DNA of 28,975 nucleotides from Verrucomicrobiota bacterium (GCA_038209745.1 JBBQXJ010000062.1:1-28975); one strand, 5' to 3'; counted from the stretch's first letter, positions 1-9,125 are shown. Numbers and translations are program-made. The notes: generated by a model from the letters alone, not told the origin.

Positions 1-5
1 AAGGG

Positions 6-2066
6 TTGCTCCGACTGCGAGGCTCGGAGCTGGAGCCCGAGGCTGGCATGGACTCCCAGGTCAATCGTCTGGCCCGAGCGGGAGGAATCGTCTGGGCGAT
101 GACCGCCAAGGGACTGTATCGCCTCAAGGCTGGCGGCTGGATGCAGGTTTCCCCCGAGCCGGTGGGAGATCTCTGCGAATTTCGGGGCGATATTCTTGCG
201 GCGGTGGGAAGCCGGCTTTTCCGTCTGAACGGCGACAGGCTGGAGCCGCTTTCGACCAACGCGGCACCTTTTTCCATTGGCCGGTTGGTTCCCCACAACG
301 ACACGCTTTTTGTCCATGGTACCGGTCGCTTGACCCTGTTCTCTCGCGGCGTTTTCAGCGGCGTCGACCAGTATGGCTTTCCCGTCGACCAAGCTTGGGA
401 CTGGGGTTCGCTGCCCTCGCCCAATTCCCGCGACGCGGTCAGCTTGGGTGCCTCGCTCTTCGTCGCCACGGACCGGGGGTTGGGCGTTCTGCGGGGGATG
501 TCGATGGGGTCGTTGCGGGGTGAGCAGGGGTTGCCTTTCGAGGACACCGCCTGTCTCGCGGCCGGCTTCACCAATGATCTGTGGATCGGCACCTCTCGCG
601 GCGCGATCCGTCGCGTGGACGGCAAGTTCCACTACTTTGCCGGTCAACGCTGGCTGCCCGATGATCGGGTGAACGCCATCGCCGTCGCTGACGACACGGT
701 CTACGTCGCCACGGACCGCGGCCTCGGCATCATCCGGTACGAGCCCTACACGCTGGCGAAGAAGGCGGTCTATTACGAAAAGCATCTGGAGGAGTGGGGA
801 CAGAAGCGGCTCGGATTCACCCACAAGCTCGAATGGGACGCGGCGTTGAAGGAATACGTCCGTGAAGTCAGCGACAACGACGGCGGCTATTCCGGGAACT
901 ACCTCGCCGCAGAATGCTACCGTTACGCCGTGACCAAGGATCCGGCTGCGCGACACGAGGCTACGGACACGTTCCACGCGCTTCGTTCGCTCGAAACCAT
1001 GACCGGCATTCCGGGTTTCCCAGCGCGTTCGGTATGGGCCAAGGGCGAACGCGGGCACCAGGCGGGACATGGTTCGGGTGGCTATGCCGCCGAGTGGCAC
1101 GATACCGCCGACGGCAAGTTCGAGTGGAAGGGCGACACGTCGAGCGATGAATTGTGCTCCCACTTCTACTCCGTCGCCTTGTTTCTCGAACTGGTGGCGC
1201 AAGGAGACGAGATCAAGCTGGCCAAGGAGCATCTCGCCCGTATCGCCACGCACTTGATCGACCACAAATGGCAACTCGTGGACGTCGACGGCAAAGCCAC
1301 GCGCTGGGGGCGCTGGGATCCGGACTATTTCCTGTCCGACGAAGGCAAATACGATCGCGGCCTGCAAGCGGTCGAGATCCTGTCGTTCATCAAGACCGCC
1401 GAGGTGCTGACCGGTGATCCCAAGTTCGCCGCCGCCTATCAGGAACTCGTCGCGATGGGCTACCCAGCCTACACGCTGCGGGCGCGGAACACGTTTCCGC
1501 CGGACAGCGTCCTGCACTTCCTCGACGAGCTCTCCTTTTGGTGCGACTGGAATTTGCTCCGCTACGAGCAGGATTCCGAACTGTGCGCGCTCTACCGGCG
1601 CGGTTACGAACGCGGCTACGAAGTGGTCCGCGTGGAGCAGAATCCGTGGTTCAACTTTCTCTATGGCGCGCTCACCGGGAACGACTGCGAACCGGACAAG
1701 GCGATCGAACAGCTCCGTGGCTGGCCCTTGGATCTTCGAGCTTGGTCCTATCAGAACTCCCAACGCGCCGACCTGCGCACGCCCCCGGGCTACGTCGCGC
1801 TCAAGGGCGGCACGAAGACTTTTCCGCCGCGCGAGACCGAGCCGCTGCGCTGGGACCATTGGTTGATGCAGGCCGATGGTGGCGCCGGGGGCAACGACGT
1901 GGTCGAACCCGGAGCCTGGCTGCTCGCCTATTGGATGGGCCGCTACCACGGCTTCATCGCCGCCCCGACGGTCACCGATCCACAACTGCTCACCGTCGAG
2001 CACACCTACGATCGGGAGCTGGGAGCCAAGCCCTACAATGGCCCTCCGCGACCGCTGGGATGGTAA
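6..2066 (+). CDS. Uncharacterised protein: N-terminal two-component-regulator-type beta-propeller repeats plus C-terminal helical (alpha/alpha-barrel-like, possibly glycoside hydrolase) domain; 5' end probably outside window
   Basis: 686-aa ORF open from the window edge. Propeller blades LFVATDRGLGVL, LWIGTSRGAIR, VYVATDRGLGII; C-terminal conserved-looking motifs SDNDGGYSGNYLAA and WKGDTSSDE. Ends TAA 2064-2066. Confidence 0.7.
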   Translation: MLRLRGSELEPEAGMDSQVNRLARAGGIVWAMTAKGLYRLKAGGWMQVSPEPVGDLCEFRGDILAAVGSRLFRLNGDRLEPLSTNAAPFSIGRLVPHNDTLFVHGTGRLTLFSRGVFSGVDQYGFPVDQAWDWGSLPSPNSRDAVSLGASLFVATDRGLGVLRGMSMGSLRGEQGLPFEDTACLAAGFTNDLWIGTSRGAIRRVDGKFHYFAGQRWLPDDRVNAIAVADDTVYVATDRGLGIIRYEPYTLAKKAVYYEKHLEEWGQKRLGFTHKLEWDAALKEYVREVSDNDGGYSGNYLAAECYRYAVTKDPAARHEATDTFHALRSLETMTGIPGFPARSVWAKGERGHQAGHGSGGYAAEWHDTADGKFEWKGDTSSDELCSHFYSVALFLELVAQGDEIKLAKEHLARIATHLIDHKWQLVDVDGKATRWGRWDPDYFLSDEGKYDRGLQAVEILSFIKTAEVLTGDPKFAAAYQELVAMGYPAYTLRARNTFPPDSVLHFLDELSFWCDWNLLRYEQDSELCALYRRGYERGYEVVRVEQNPWFNFLYGALTGNDCEPDKAIEQLRGWPLDLRAWSYQNSQRADLRTPPGYVALKGGTKTFPPRETEPLRWDHWLMQADGGAGGNDVVEPGAWLLAYWMGRYHGFIAAPTVTDPQLLTVEHTYDRELGAKPYNGPPRPLGW

Positions 2067-2222
2067 TCGACCTTCCGATCGAGACGACGCGCCTTTTCCC
2101 GTCCCGCGAAGCCAAACCCGATTGTCGGGCGCCGTTCTGGTATCGTCCGTGGGTTTCCAGTGGCCGAGCGGGGCCGGACTGGTCAACGCGGATTTCAAGG
2201 CGCCTTCGGAGCGGGATCAGGG

Positions 2223-3032
2223 CTACCCGACCACGGCTCCAATCAGGCCGAACAGGACCAGGGCGACGACGAGGCCGATCAGAACCCAGACGACGATGGA
2301 GGTCTTTTGTCTGACGTGCGGGGTCTCGGCGATGATGCGCTTGTAGTCGTCGGAGAAGACCGTCGCGCCCTTCTTGGAGAAGAGCAGCCAGAGGATGTAG
2401 GCGTTGATCAGAGTGCCGATGGGAATCGCGAGGAGACCTAGGCCCGCGAGGATCCCGGAGGCGATGCGGGCCCAGGGCTTCAGCTTCCGAATCCCGATTC
2501 CGGTGACGAAGAAGAACGCGGCCAATCCGAGCATCAGAATCATCGGTGCGGCGGGCAACCCAACCGACGCTCCGCCGGACGGTTGACGGAGCATCATGAC
2601 AGGAACGACGAGTCCCATGATTGCGACGAGGCCCATGGACGTGGCTCCGATCAAATAGAGGAGGCCCAGGGATTTGATGGAGGCTTCGTGCTTGAGGTGC
2701 TGCTGACGGACGTGTTCGGAGCTGCCGTCTCCGAGGACACCTTCCTGGAGCTTTTGGAGAGCGATGGGTTTGCAGGCGGCGCAGACGTAGCCGCTGCCGA
2801 GCTTCACCACTTCGTCGGTCGGAAACGCACGGTGGCACTCGGAACAGAGATTGCCGCCGGAGGCCGGCGCGTTCGGGGGCCGCAGAGCGACGGCGAGCGG
2901 TTGCCAGTCGCGGAGGCCGCTGTGCCAAACAAGCGTCTGTGGTGTGATGGTTCCTTCCTGTGCCAGCTGGTCGAGGGTGGCCTGGTCCACGGGACCGAGT
3001 TGTTCGTCGTTCAGCGCGTAATACCAGTTCAT
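2223..3032 (-). CDS. GYF_2 (DUF4339) domain membrane protein with zinc ribbon
   Basis: N-terminal WYYALNDEQLGPVD...ITPQTLVWHSGLRDWQPL matches the GYF_2 pattern; CSEC...CAAC Zn ribbon; several C-terminal hydrophobic helices. Confidence 0.8.
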   Translation of the reverse strand: MNWYYALNDEQLGPVDQATLDQLAQEGTITPQTLVWHSGLRDWQPLAVALRPPNAPASGGNLCSECHRAFPTDEVVKLGSGYVCAACKPIALQKLQEGVLGDGSSEHVRQQHLKHEASIKSLGLLYLIGATSMGLVAIMGLVVPVMMLRQPSGGASVGLPAAPMILMLGLAAFFFVTGIGIRKLKPWARIASGILAGLGLLAIPIGTLINAYILWLLFSKKGATVFSDDYKRIIAETPHVRQKTSIVVWVLIGLVVALVLFGLIGAVVG

Positions 3033-3627
3033 GGCCTCTTGGGTGGCTTGGTGCCGACAGTTCTGTCGGTGAAACCGGATCGCTGATCAACTGGTTTCTT
3101 CCGCTCGGAGGAGTCCTTCGGACGGTTGGAGAGCCTGCAACGTCGCGTTCTTTCTGAAGCGGGTGAAGGGGCTCTCTGCGCGCTCGGGGTGGCGGGCTCG
3201 GCACGTGGGTGGAACGAACGAGCACTGGCCGCAAGTCGTGGGTCTTTATCGGAAGGAGCCGGCGGAAGTTCAAACCACCATGGCCGTTTGGCCGCCGGTA
3301 AATTTTTTTCATGTCTGGGCCCGAACGCCCAGACCTACGAATCTCGATGTGGCCTCCCACGCGGATGAGCGCGGCGGGGATCGATGAGATCTGGGAGGTG
3401 GAGATCCATGCGTTGCGCTTCGACACGGGGCGACACCGGCCGGAACTGATCGGTAAAGGAAGCTTCGGCGTTCTCGGCGTCGTGCCGGCTTCGGTGGAGC
3501 TGAAGAAGCGGTAGATCATGAAACGCATAATCCACCGGACACGCGGAAAGATCCCGGGCGCTCCGCGCGTTCTGTGATTGGCCAGAAAGCGCGGGGGGAA
3601 CCGCCCCGGGGTTCGGAGGGACTGGAC

Positions 3628-4950
3628 CTACTTTTCCAGGAACCGCACGACGGCCTCGGTGCGGGTGCGGACGTGGAGCCGCTCGAAGATGTTCTTGATG
3701 TGGCCGTGGACGGTCCACGCGCTGATGCCGAGGGCTTGGGCGATTTCCTTGTCCACACAGCCTTTGCTCAAAAGAGTGAGAACCTCGAGTTCGCGTCGGG
3801 TCAGGCGGGCGAGGCCGGGATCTTCCTGGCCGGCTTTGGGACGGAGGAGTTTCTGGAAGAACGATTTCACCCGCGCCAGGGCATCCTCCGGAGTGGTCTC
3901 GATTTGGCCCGCCAGGTTCAGCATGGGGTTCAGAAGGTTCGACGGATCGACGCGGCGCAGGAGGTAGCCGACGGCGCCTCCCGGGGTCGAGACGAACATC
4001 TGGTCGCCGTCGGGCGCGGCTGAAAAGGTGAGAGCCGGCACGCCTGGGCGGACCTGGGCAAACTCGCCGGGCGACGGATAACCGACGCGTTCGGACAGGC
4101 TGCGGTTGAGGAGGACCAGGTGCGGTTGGTGACGCTCCATGGCGATGTCGAACGACGCCACGGAATCACAGCACACGGCCACGCAGTCCTTCTGCTGGTT
4201 GATGCACCAGGCGAGGGCGCGGCGGATGCCGTCGTCGGTTTCGAGGATCAAGATGCGCTTGGACGCCGAGGCGGCCTCCGGCTTGGTCGGCTCCGGGGGA
4301 TCCACCAGCGTGTGGACCGTGGTGTAGGTCCAGAGAATCGGATTGGCGCACCATTCGAATCCGACGATCAGTTCGCGGGAGAAGGTGCGGTTGGTCTTCT
4401 CCCAGCCGTGACGGAGGACGGAGCGGTAGATCTCGTGGGCCTTGGTCGCGGCCAGTTCCGAATCCTTGTTGCCGAGCGGGAAGTAGTAGCCGACGCCGCC
4501 ATGGTCGATTCTGACGGCCAGATCAGATTCGCCTTCGCCGGACCCGGGGAATCGGTAGCGGCGCCGGAGGAGCCGCTGCAGCCAATAGGCGACTTCCGCC
4601 TTGGAGTGGCGGTTTTCGGAGGAGTTTCTGGGCGGGAAGCTGCGGAGGGCCGCCTCCCAGCCTTCCGCCAGGATGGTCTCGTGGATGGCGCGGGCTTCGA
4701 TCGCGGATTCTTCCTTGGTGTCACCACAGAGAGAGAACGTGCGGCGGCGGCCCTGGTGCTGGATCTTGATGGCCCAACCCTCGACCTCGAACCGCTGACC
4801 GGTGCGGGTGTAGCTGTTGCGGAAGAGGCGCGGCATCCATTCGGCCGTGGAGGCGTCGGGCGGTTCCGGCGCGATCTTTGGTTTGCGGGTGGTCTTGGAT
4901 TTGACCGGGCCGGCCTTCTTTGGCTTGGCACTTGGACGGTGCTTGGACAC
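3628..4950 (-). CDS. LuxR/NarL-family regulator with duplicated N-terminal domain and degenerate receiver domain
   Basis: C-terminal LuxR HTH LTRRELEVLTLLSKGCVDKEIAQALGISAWTVHGHIKNIFERLHVRTRTEAV; receiver-like RILILETDDGIRRAL...PHLVLLNRSL. Start uncertain (GTG 4950 chosen; frame is open to TTG 5043). Confidence 0.85.
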   Translation of the reverse strand: MSKHRPSAKPKKAGPVKSKTTRKPKIAPEPPDASTAEWMPRLFRNSYTRTGQRFEVEGWAIKIQHQGRRRTFSLCGDTKEESAIEARAIHETILAEGWEAALRSFPPRNSSENRHSKAEVAYWLQRLLRRRYRFPGSGEGESDLAVRIDHGGVGYYFPLGNKDSELAATKAHEIYRSVLRHGWEKTNRTFSRELIVGFEWCANPILWTYTTVHTLVDPPEPTKPEAASASKRILILETDDGIRRALAWCINQQKDCVAVCCDSVASFDIAMERHQPHLVLLNRSLSERVGYPSPGEFAQVRPGVPALTFSAAPDGDQMFVSTPGGAVGYLLRRVDPSNLLNPMLNLAGQIETTPEDALARVKSFFQKLLRPKAGQEDPGLARLTRRELEVLTLLSKGCVDKEIAQALGISAWTVHGHIKNIFERLHVRTRTEAVVRFLEK

Positions 4951-5070
4951 GCCTGAAAATCTCGCGAACCAAGGACGTTCGTCAATGGCGGATCCGATAC
5001 TTTTGTGGTCGGCGGAATCCTTCCACGTGGAAGAAGCCTGCAAAAAACGACCCGCTCGGGGGGAGGAGGA

Positions 5071-5946
5071 TCAGTGCGGGACCGAGGAAGAGGAAGGGAG
5101 ACGGGCTCGGAAATCTGAAAGTTCCGGGACGATTGCCAGCGCGTGCCCGTTGACGGCCGGTTCCCTGAGATCGGCCCACTCGGGTTCGTGGTCGAACACC
5201 CAGCGGTAGTAGTCGGCTTCCTTGAGATCCTTGGCCGCGGGTTCATCCAGCACCACGGTGCAGCGGGGATGGAGCTGCAGGGCGGTCGCGGAGATCATGC
5301 TGGAGAGCGGGCCCTCCAAGGCCTTGGCCACGATGGCGGCCTTGTCCTCGCCGGAGGCGAGCATGACGCAGCGCCGGGTTTCAAGGATCGTGCCGACCCC
5401 CATGGTGGCCGCGCGGAGGGGCATGTCTTCCGGTTTCAGGAAGAGGGGGCTGTTCTGGGCGCGGGTCACCGGCGAGAGCACCTTGACCCGGGTGCGTGAA
5501 CTGAGGCTGGAAAGAGGTTCGTTGAATCCCAGATGGCCGACCTTTCCGATGCCGACGAGCTGGAGATCGATGCCGCCGCACTCGCGGATTTTGTCTTCGT
5601 ACCGGGTGCATTCCTTCTCGAGATCTTCCGCCATGCCGTCGGGGAGGAAGGTGTTCTTCAGCTCGATGTTCACCTGAAGGAACAGGTGATGGTTCATGTA
5701 ATGCCGGTAGGAGTGGCGGTCTGAACCGGGCAGGCCGACGTATTCGTCGAGGTTGAAACTGCGGCAACCGGAGAAGTCGAGACCGTCCTCGCGATGCATC
5801 TTGCGGAGCCGGGCGTAAACCGCCTCCATCGTGCGTCCGGTGGCCAGCCCCAGGACCAGCTGAGGATTGGCCCTCAATTCCCGCGCGATGAGGCGAGCGA
5901 CGAGGTCGGCGGCGCAGTCGGCATTGGGTCTGATGATAACTTCCAC
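5071..5946 (-). CDS. nagB: Glucosamine-6-phosphate deaminase
   Basis: Motifs VLGLATGRTM, FNLDEYVGL, GIDLQLVGIGKVGHLGFNEP, SATALQLHP. Start placed at GTG 5946 (VEVIIRP); the track's extension to 6489 overlaps the divergent gene. Confidence 0.93.
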   Translation of the reverse strand: MEVIIRPNADCAADLVARLIARELRANPQLVLGLATGRTMEAVYARLRKMHREDGLDFSGCRSFNLDEYVGLPGSDRHSYRHYMNHHLFLQVNIELKNTFLPDGMAEDLEKECTRYEDKIRECGGIDLQLVGIGKVGHLGFNEPLSSLSSRTRVKVLSPVTRAQNSPLFLKPEDMPLRAATMGVGTILETRRCVMLASGEDKAAIVAKALEGPLSSMISATALQLHPRCTVVLDEPAAKDLKEADYYRWVFDHEPEWADLREPAVNGHALAIVPELSDFRARLPSSSSVPH

Positions 5947-5990
5947 GGTTCGAGAAATGTGTTTTGGACCTTCGTCAGGTGTTGGTTTTG

Positions 5991-6019
5991 CAACAATCCC
6001 CTCGAATTGGGGGTTGTTG
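5991..6019. promoter_or_regulatory. 11-bp imperfect inverted repeat in the nagB/PIG-L divergent intergenic region (candidate operator or hairpin)
   Basis: CAACAATCCCC-tcgaatt-GGGGGTTGTTG, 10/11 complementary arms. Confidence 0.45.
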
Positions 6020-6126
6020 GGGCAGGAGGACGATCCCGACTTTAAACACCGTACACAGCGGCCGGTTTCAGCTCGAATCGTCGGAAGATTCCATGCTGTT
6101 GTTGGCCCAATCGCTTTGCTTCTGAA

Positions 6127-6990
6127 ATGACCAATCCATACGCCGAATTCGCCGCATCTTTTGCCCGCTTGACCCGCTCTGGGCGTCACTTGCCTCTTGG
6201 AAGCATTGAACGCCCTGAACGGGTGGCGCCGGCTCCCGACGCGCCGGTGGCCTTGATTTTTGCACCGCATCCGGATGACGAGTGCATCATCGGTGGCCTG
6301 CCGCTCAGGCTCCGGCAAGAGGCGGCGTTTCGCGTGGTCGACGTGGCGGTGACCCAGGGCAGCAACCGCGAGCGACAGGCCGCCCGGTTGGAGGAGCTGG
6401 AGTCCGCGTGCGCCTGGATCGGCTTCGATCTCGAACAGACTGCGCCGAATGGTCTGGAACGCATCCAGCCAAGGACCCGCGAGACGCACGCTGCGGAATG
6501 GTCAAGCTCTGTCGAGGTCATCGTCGAGTCGCTGCGGCGGCATCGGCCCAAGGTCGTGTTCTTCCCGCATGCGCTGGACTGGAACGGAACGCACGTCGGC
6601 ACCCATCTGTTGGTGATGGATGCACTCGCCGCCCTGCCCGCCGACTTCACCTGCTTCGTGGTGGAGACCGAGTATTGGGGGCAGAACCCGTCGCCCAATC
6701 TGATGGTGGAATCATCGGAGGCGGACTTGGCGCAACTCCTGGCGGCGCTGTCGTTCCACGCCGGAGAAGTGCTGCGGAATCCCTTCCATCTTCGCATGCC
6801 GGCCTGGATGCAGGACAACGTCCGCCGGGGCGCGGAGCTGGTGGGCGGGCAGGGCGGTCCGGCCCCGGACTTTGATTTTGCCACGCTCTATCGGCTGAGA
6901 CGTTGGAAAGACGGAGGGCTGCGGGAGGTTCTCCGGGCCGGCCGCGTTCTGGGTGCGGGAGAGAATCCATCCGGGTTGTTCCAGAGCTGA
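6127..6990 (+). CDS. PIG-L/LmbE family deacetylase
   Basis: LIFAPHPDDECIIGG metal-binding motif, AVTQGS, R..ELESAC..IGF; divergent from nagB. Confidence 0.88.
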   Translation: MTNPYAEFAASFARLTRSGRHLPLGSIERPERVAPAPDAPVALIFAPHPDDECIIGGLPLRLRQEAAFRVVDVAVTQGSNRERQAARLEELESACAWIGFDLEQTAPNGLERIQPRTRETHAAEWSSSVEVIVESLRRHRPKVVFFPHALDWNGTHVGTHLLVMDALAALPADFTCFVVETEYWGQNPSPNLMVESSEADLAQLLAALSFHAGEVLRNPFHLRMPAWMQDNVRRGAELVGGQGGPAPDFDFATLYRLRRWKDGGLREVLRAGRVLGAGENPSGLFQS

Positions 6991-7022
6991 CCGACCGGCC
7001 GATGGGCCAAGGGCTCTGGATA

Positions 7023-7065
7023 GGGCAGGGTGCCCGAGTTTTTCCTGGGTCGCCACCCTTCGCCC
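7023..7065. terminator. Imperfect GC-rich hairpin between convergent genes (possible terminator)
   Basis: gggc-agggtg-cccgag-ttttt-cctggg-tcgc-caccct-tc-gccc; no clear U tract. Confidence 0.3.
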
Positions 7066-7153
7066 CATGCTCCGCTTCGGTCCGATGACGTGGACGAGAA
7101 CAGGAGGCTGAGCTGTCGCGTCCCAGGGCGAAGGCGGTCCGGTCGTTGCCGGA

Positions 7154-7915
7154 TCAGGGGGCGACGGGTCCGGCCGGGAGTCTGCGGAAACGGAGGTTCC
7201 GATAGGCTGCGGTGGTCTGGTATGTGCAGAGGCCGAGTGGCTTCGACATTTCTATTTCGCCTGAGCGCACGGTGATCTTCTTGCCTGCGGTTTCCAGGTC
7301 CACGACCGGTTTGCCGTCGACCCACACCATGACCTTTTCCGGGGTGACGCGGAGGCGAATCGGAAACCAACGATTGCGCTGCAAGTAGAGGCTGGTGGTC
7401 GTCTCGTTCCCGGAGGCGTCCTGCCCGTCGATGCTGGAAATGCCCACGACGGCCCCGCCCCACCCCCCGACGATGAAGGAGCAATACGCGTCGCCGACGG
7501 GGAAAGTGAGGCCGCAGAAGAAGTCCGACCCGTCGATCTTCATCGCTTCGAACTCGAGCTCGTATTGGGTGGTCGGGAAGCCGGCGGTGTTGGTCCAGTT
7601 CAAACCGCCGAGCGTTGCGCTCATTGGAACCAGGATCCGACCCTCGCTGGCTTCCGGGACGCTGCCGCCGCCGAAGTCCGTCCGTTTCCAACCGGTTAGA
7701 TCGCGCCCGTTGAACATCGAAGTCCAATTGGTGGAGCCAAGCGGAGTTGCCGCGATCGGCGCGGTCGGTGGAGCCTGCTTGGCCGACACGGCTCTCTCCT
7801 CAGGAGCTTCCGCCGGGCGGGGCGGAGTGAACGCTGGAGCAAGGTCGCGCTCCCGGCACCCGACGCCGAGCAGCACGAAGAGGATCGCCAGGGCTGGGAT
7901 GAATCGGCGGATCAT
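7154..7915 (-). CDS. DUF1080 (3-keto-disaccharide hydrolase-like) domain lipoprotein
   Basis: Lipobox-like signal LLGVGC; WTSMFNGRDLTGWK, YELEFEAMKIDGSDFFCGLTFPV, VGGWGGAVVGISSIDG. Confidence 0.85.
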   Translation of the reverse strand: MIRRFIPALAILFVLLGVGCRERDLAPAFTPPRPAEAPEERAVSAKQAPPTAPIAATPLGSTNWTSMFNGRDLTGWKRTDFGGGSVPEASEGRILVPMSATLGGLNWTNTAGFPTTQYELEFEAMKIDGSDFFCGLTFPVGDAYCSFIVGGWGGAVVGISSIDGQDASGNETTTSLYLQRNRWFPIRLRVTPEKVMVWVDGKPVVDLETAGKKITVRSGEIEMSKPLGLCTYQTTAAYRNLRFRRLPAGPVAP

Positions 7916-7946
7916 GGGTTCTGGACGGGATGGGAGCCGCGCGCCT

Positions 7947-8474
7947 TCAGGGAAGTCCGCTCTCGATCAACTTTTGGAACTCGGCCTCGTTCGCCGTGCC
8001 CAGATCCTTGGGAGCGGTGAACCGCACGAAGACGCTCCCTCCGGCGCTTTCGAGGATCGCGCCGAGCAGCATATGGTCCGGCATGGGCGACTTCGGACCA
8101 CCGGGCATGCCGCTCTGGTAGGTCCCGACGGCGCGGACGAAGGTGACCTTGCGGCCGCGGACGGTCTTCTCTTCCACCTTGGAGTCCAGCTTGTCTCCCT
8201 GCTCCGTGAACTGGCCGAGCCAGCGGCGGACGTTCGCCTGCGCGTCGCCGCCCTCGCCGGCTCCGAAGTGGAAGAACACCGTCTCTCCGGTCGCCTTGCC
8301 GTCGGTGGACTCGACCTTGAGCTGCGCCTTGCGCATGGAGGAGGTTGTCTCGACCCAGGTCCATTTCTCGGGTCGTTGGAAAGTGAACTCGCCGACCTTG
8401 AACGTGCCGGGAGCTTCGGCGGCGATCAGGTGGATCGCGAGGCACGCGACGACTGCTATCCAATAGGGTTTCAT
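7947..8474 (-). CDS. Secreted hypothetical protein (possible PsbP/Mog1-like fold)
   Basis: Signal peptide; SSMRKAQ, GGDAQANVRRWLGQF, VFVRFTAP; strong GC3 codon bias. Confidence 0.7.
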   Translation of the reverse strand: MKPYWIAVVACLAIHLIAAEAPGTFKVGEFTFQRPEKWTWVETTSSMRKAQLKVESTDGKATGETVFFHFGAGEGGDAQANVRRWLGQFTEQGDKLDSKVEEKTVRGRKVTFVRAVGTYQSGMPGGPKSPMPDHMLLGAILESAGGSVFVRFTAPKDLGTANEAEFQKLIESGLP

Positions 8475-8482
8475 GGCCGGTT

Positions 8483-9088
8483 TCAGTGGAGGATAAGTTG
8501 TTGTTCGGTCGAGAAACTGGACACGACATCCTGTTCGTCAAACTCGGTTTCGAGAAAAAGGATCACGGCGGTCACGGAGATGTTGTCCTGTTTGATTTCA
8601 ACCCACCTTCGCAACAGGGTCCCGGCAAAACCAAGGAGTTCCTCGGAAGGGGCTCCGAACATCTCCGACATTTGGACCGCCGTTGTTTTCCCGGTGTGGA
8701 TGCGTTTGAGCGACTCTTCCGACAGGTCCGGACCGGTGATGCGTTGGCTGCCGTGGCGCGCCTGGAGATGGGCGGTGCTTTCGTAGCGGTGGATTTTTTG
8801 GATGATGCCGTTTGTGTCGGAAAGAAGGTCGAGGCTCGAAGCGGTAGAGACACTCTGCCGCCCGATTCGATCTCTGCCCGTTTCCTGCGCACTGAAATAG
8901 CGGACAAGAATGTACCCCTGTGATCCCAACTGGGAGTCGGGCTTTCCAAGGATGCGTCTCGCTTCGGCCAACGTCGTGCGGCCCGGAAGGATTCTGGAGA
9001 CCTTCGCCGGATCGATTGGTCCGGAACACCCGAGCAGCAAAGCAATCGCCGCGACGACGGTGACGGTCAGAAGGTCGTGGCGGATCAT
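8483..9088 (-). CDS. Lipoprotein with two SmpA/OmlA (BamE)-like repeats, paralog A
   Basis: Lipobox LLLGC; repeats ILPGRTTLAEARRILGKP and IHTGKTTAVQMSEMFGAP. Confidence 0.7.
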   Translation of the reverse strand: MIRHDLLTVTVVAAIALLLGCSGPIDPAKVSRILPGRTTLAEARRILGKPDSQLGSQGYILVRYFSAQETGRDRIGRQSVSTASSLDLLSDTNGIIQKIHRYESTAHLQARHGSQRITGPDLSEESLKRIHTGKTTAVQMSEMFGAPSEELLGFAGTLLRRWVEIKQDNISVTAVILFLETEFDEQDVVSSFSTEQQLILH

Positions 9089-9096
9089 GGGCGCTT

Positions 9097-9125
9097 CTTC
9101 TGGCGACCTGAACCGGGCGTGTCAA
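9097..9125 (-). promoter_or_regulatory. Promoter-like element TTGACA-N17-CAGAAG, 8 nt before the ATG of paralog A
   Basis: -35 consensus at 9120-9125; same layout repeated at 9913-9941. Confidence 0.5.

Noticed and set aside
1990..3528. Long alternative-frame ORFs (e.g. 1990..3528 -, 7395..8786 +, 14829..16718 -, 18202..19815 +, 18392..19813 -, 20453..21577 +)
   Set aside because: Arg/Pro/Gly-rich shadows overlapping well-supported genes; expected in high-GC DNA.
4381..4839. LuxR N-terminal region as an integrase or mobile element
   Set aside because: No tyrosine-recombinase catalytic domain; the repeats are fused in frame to the receiver and HTH.
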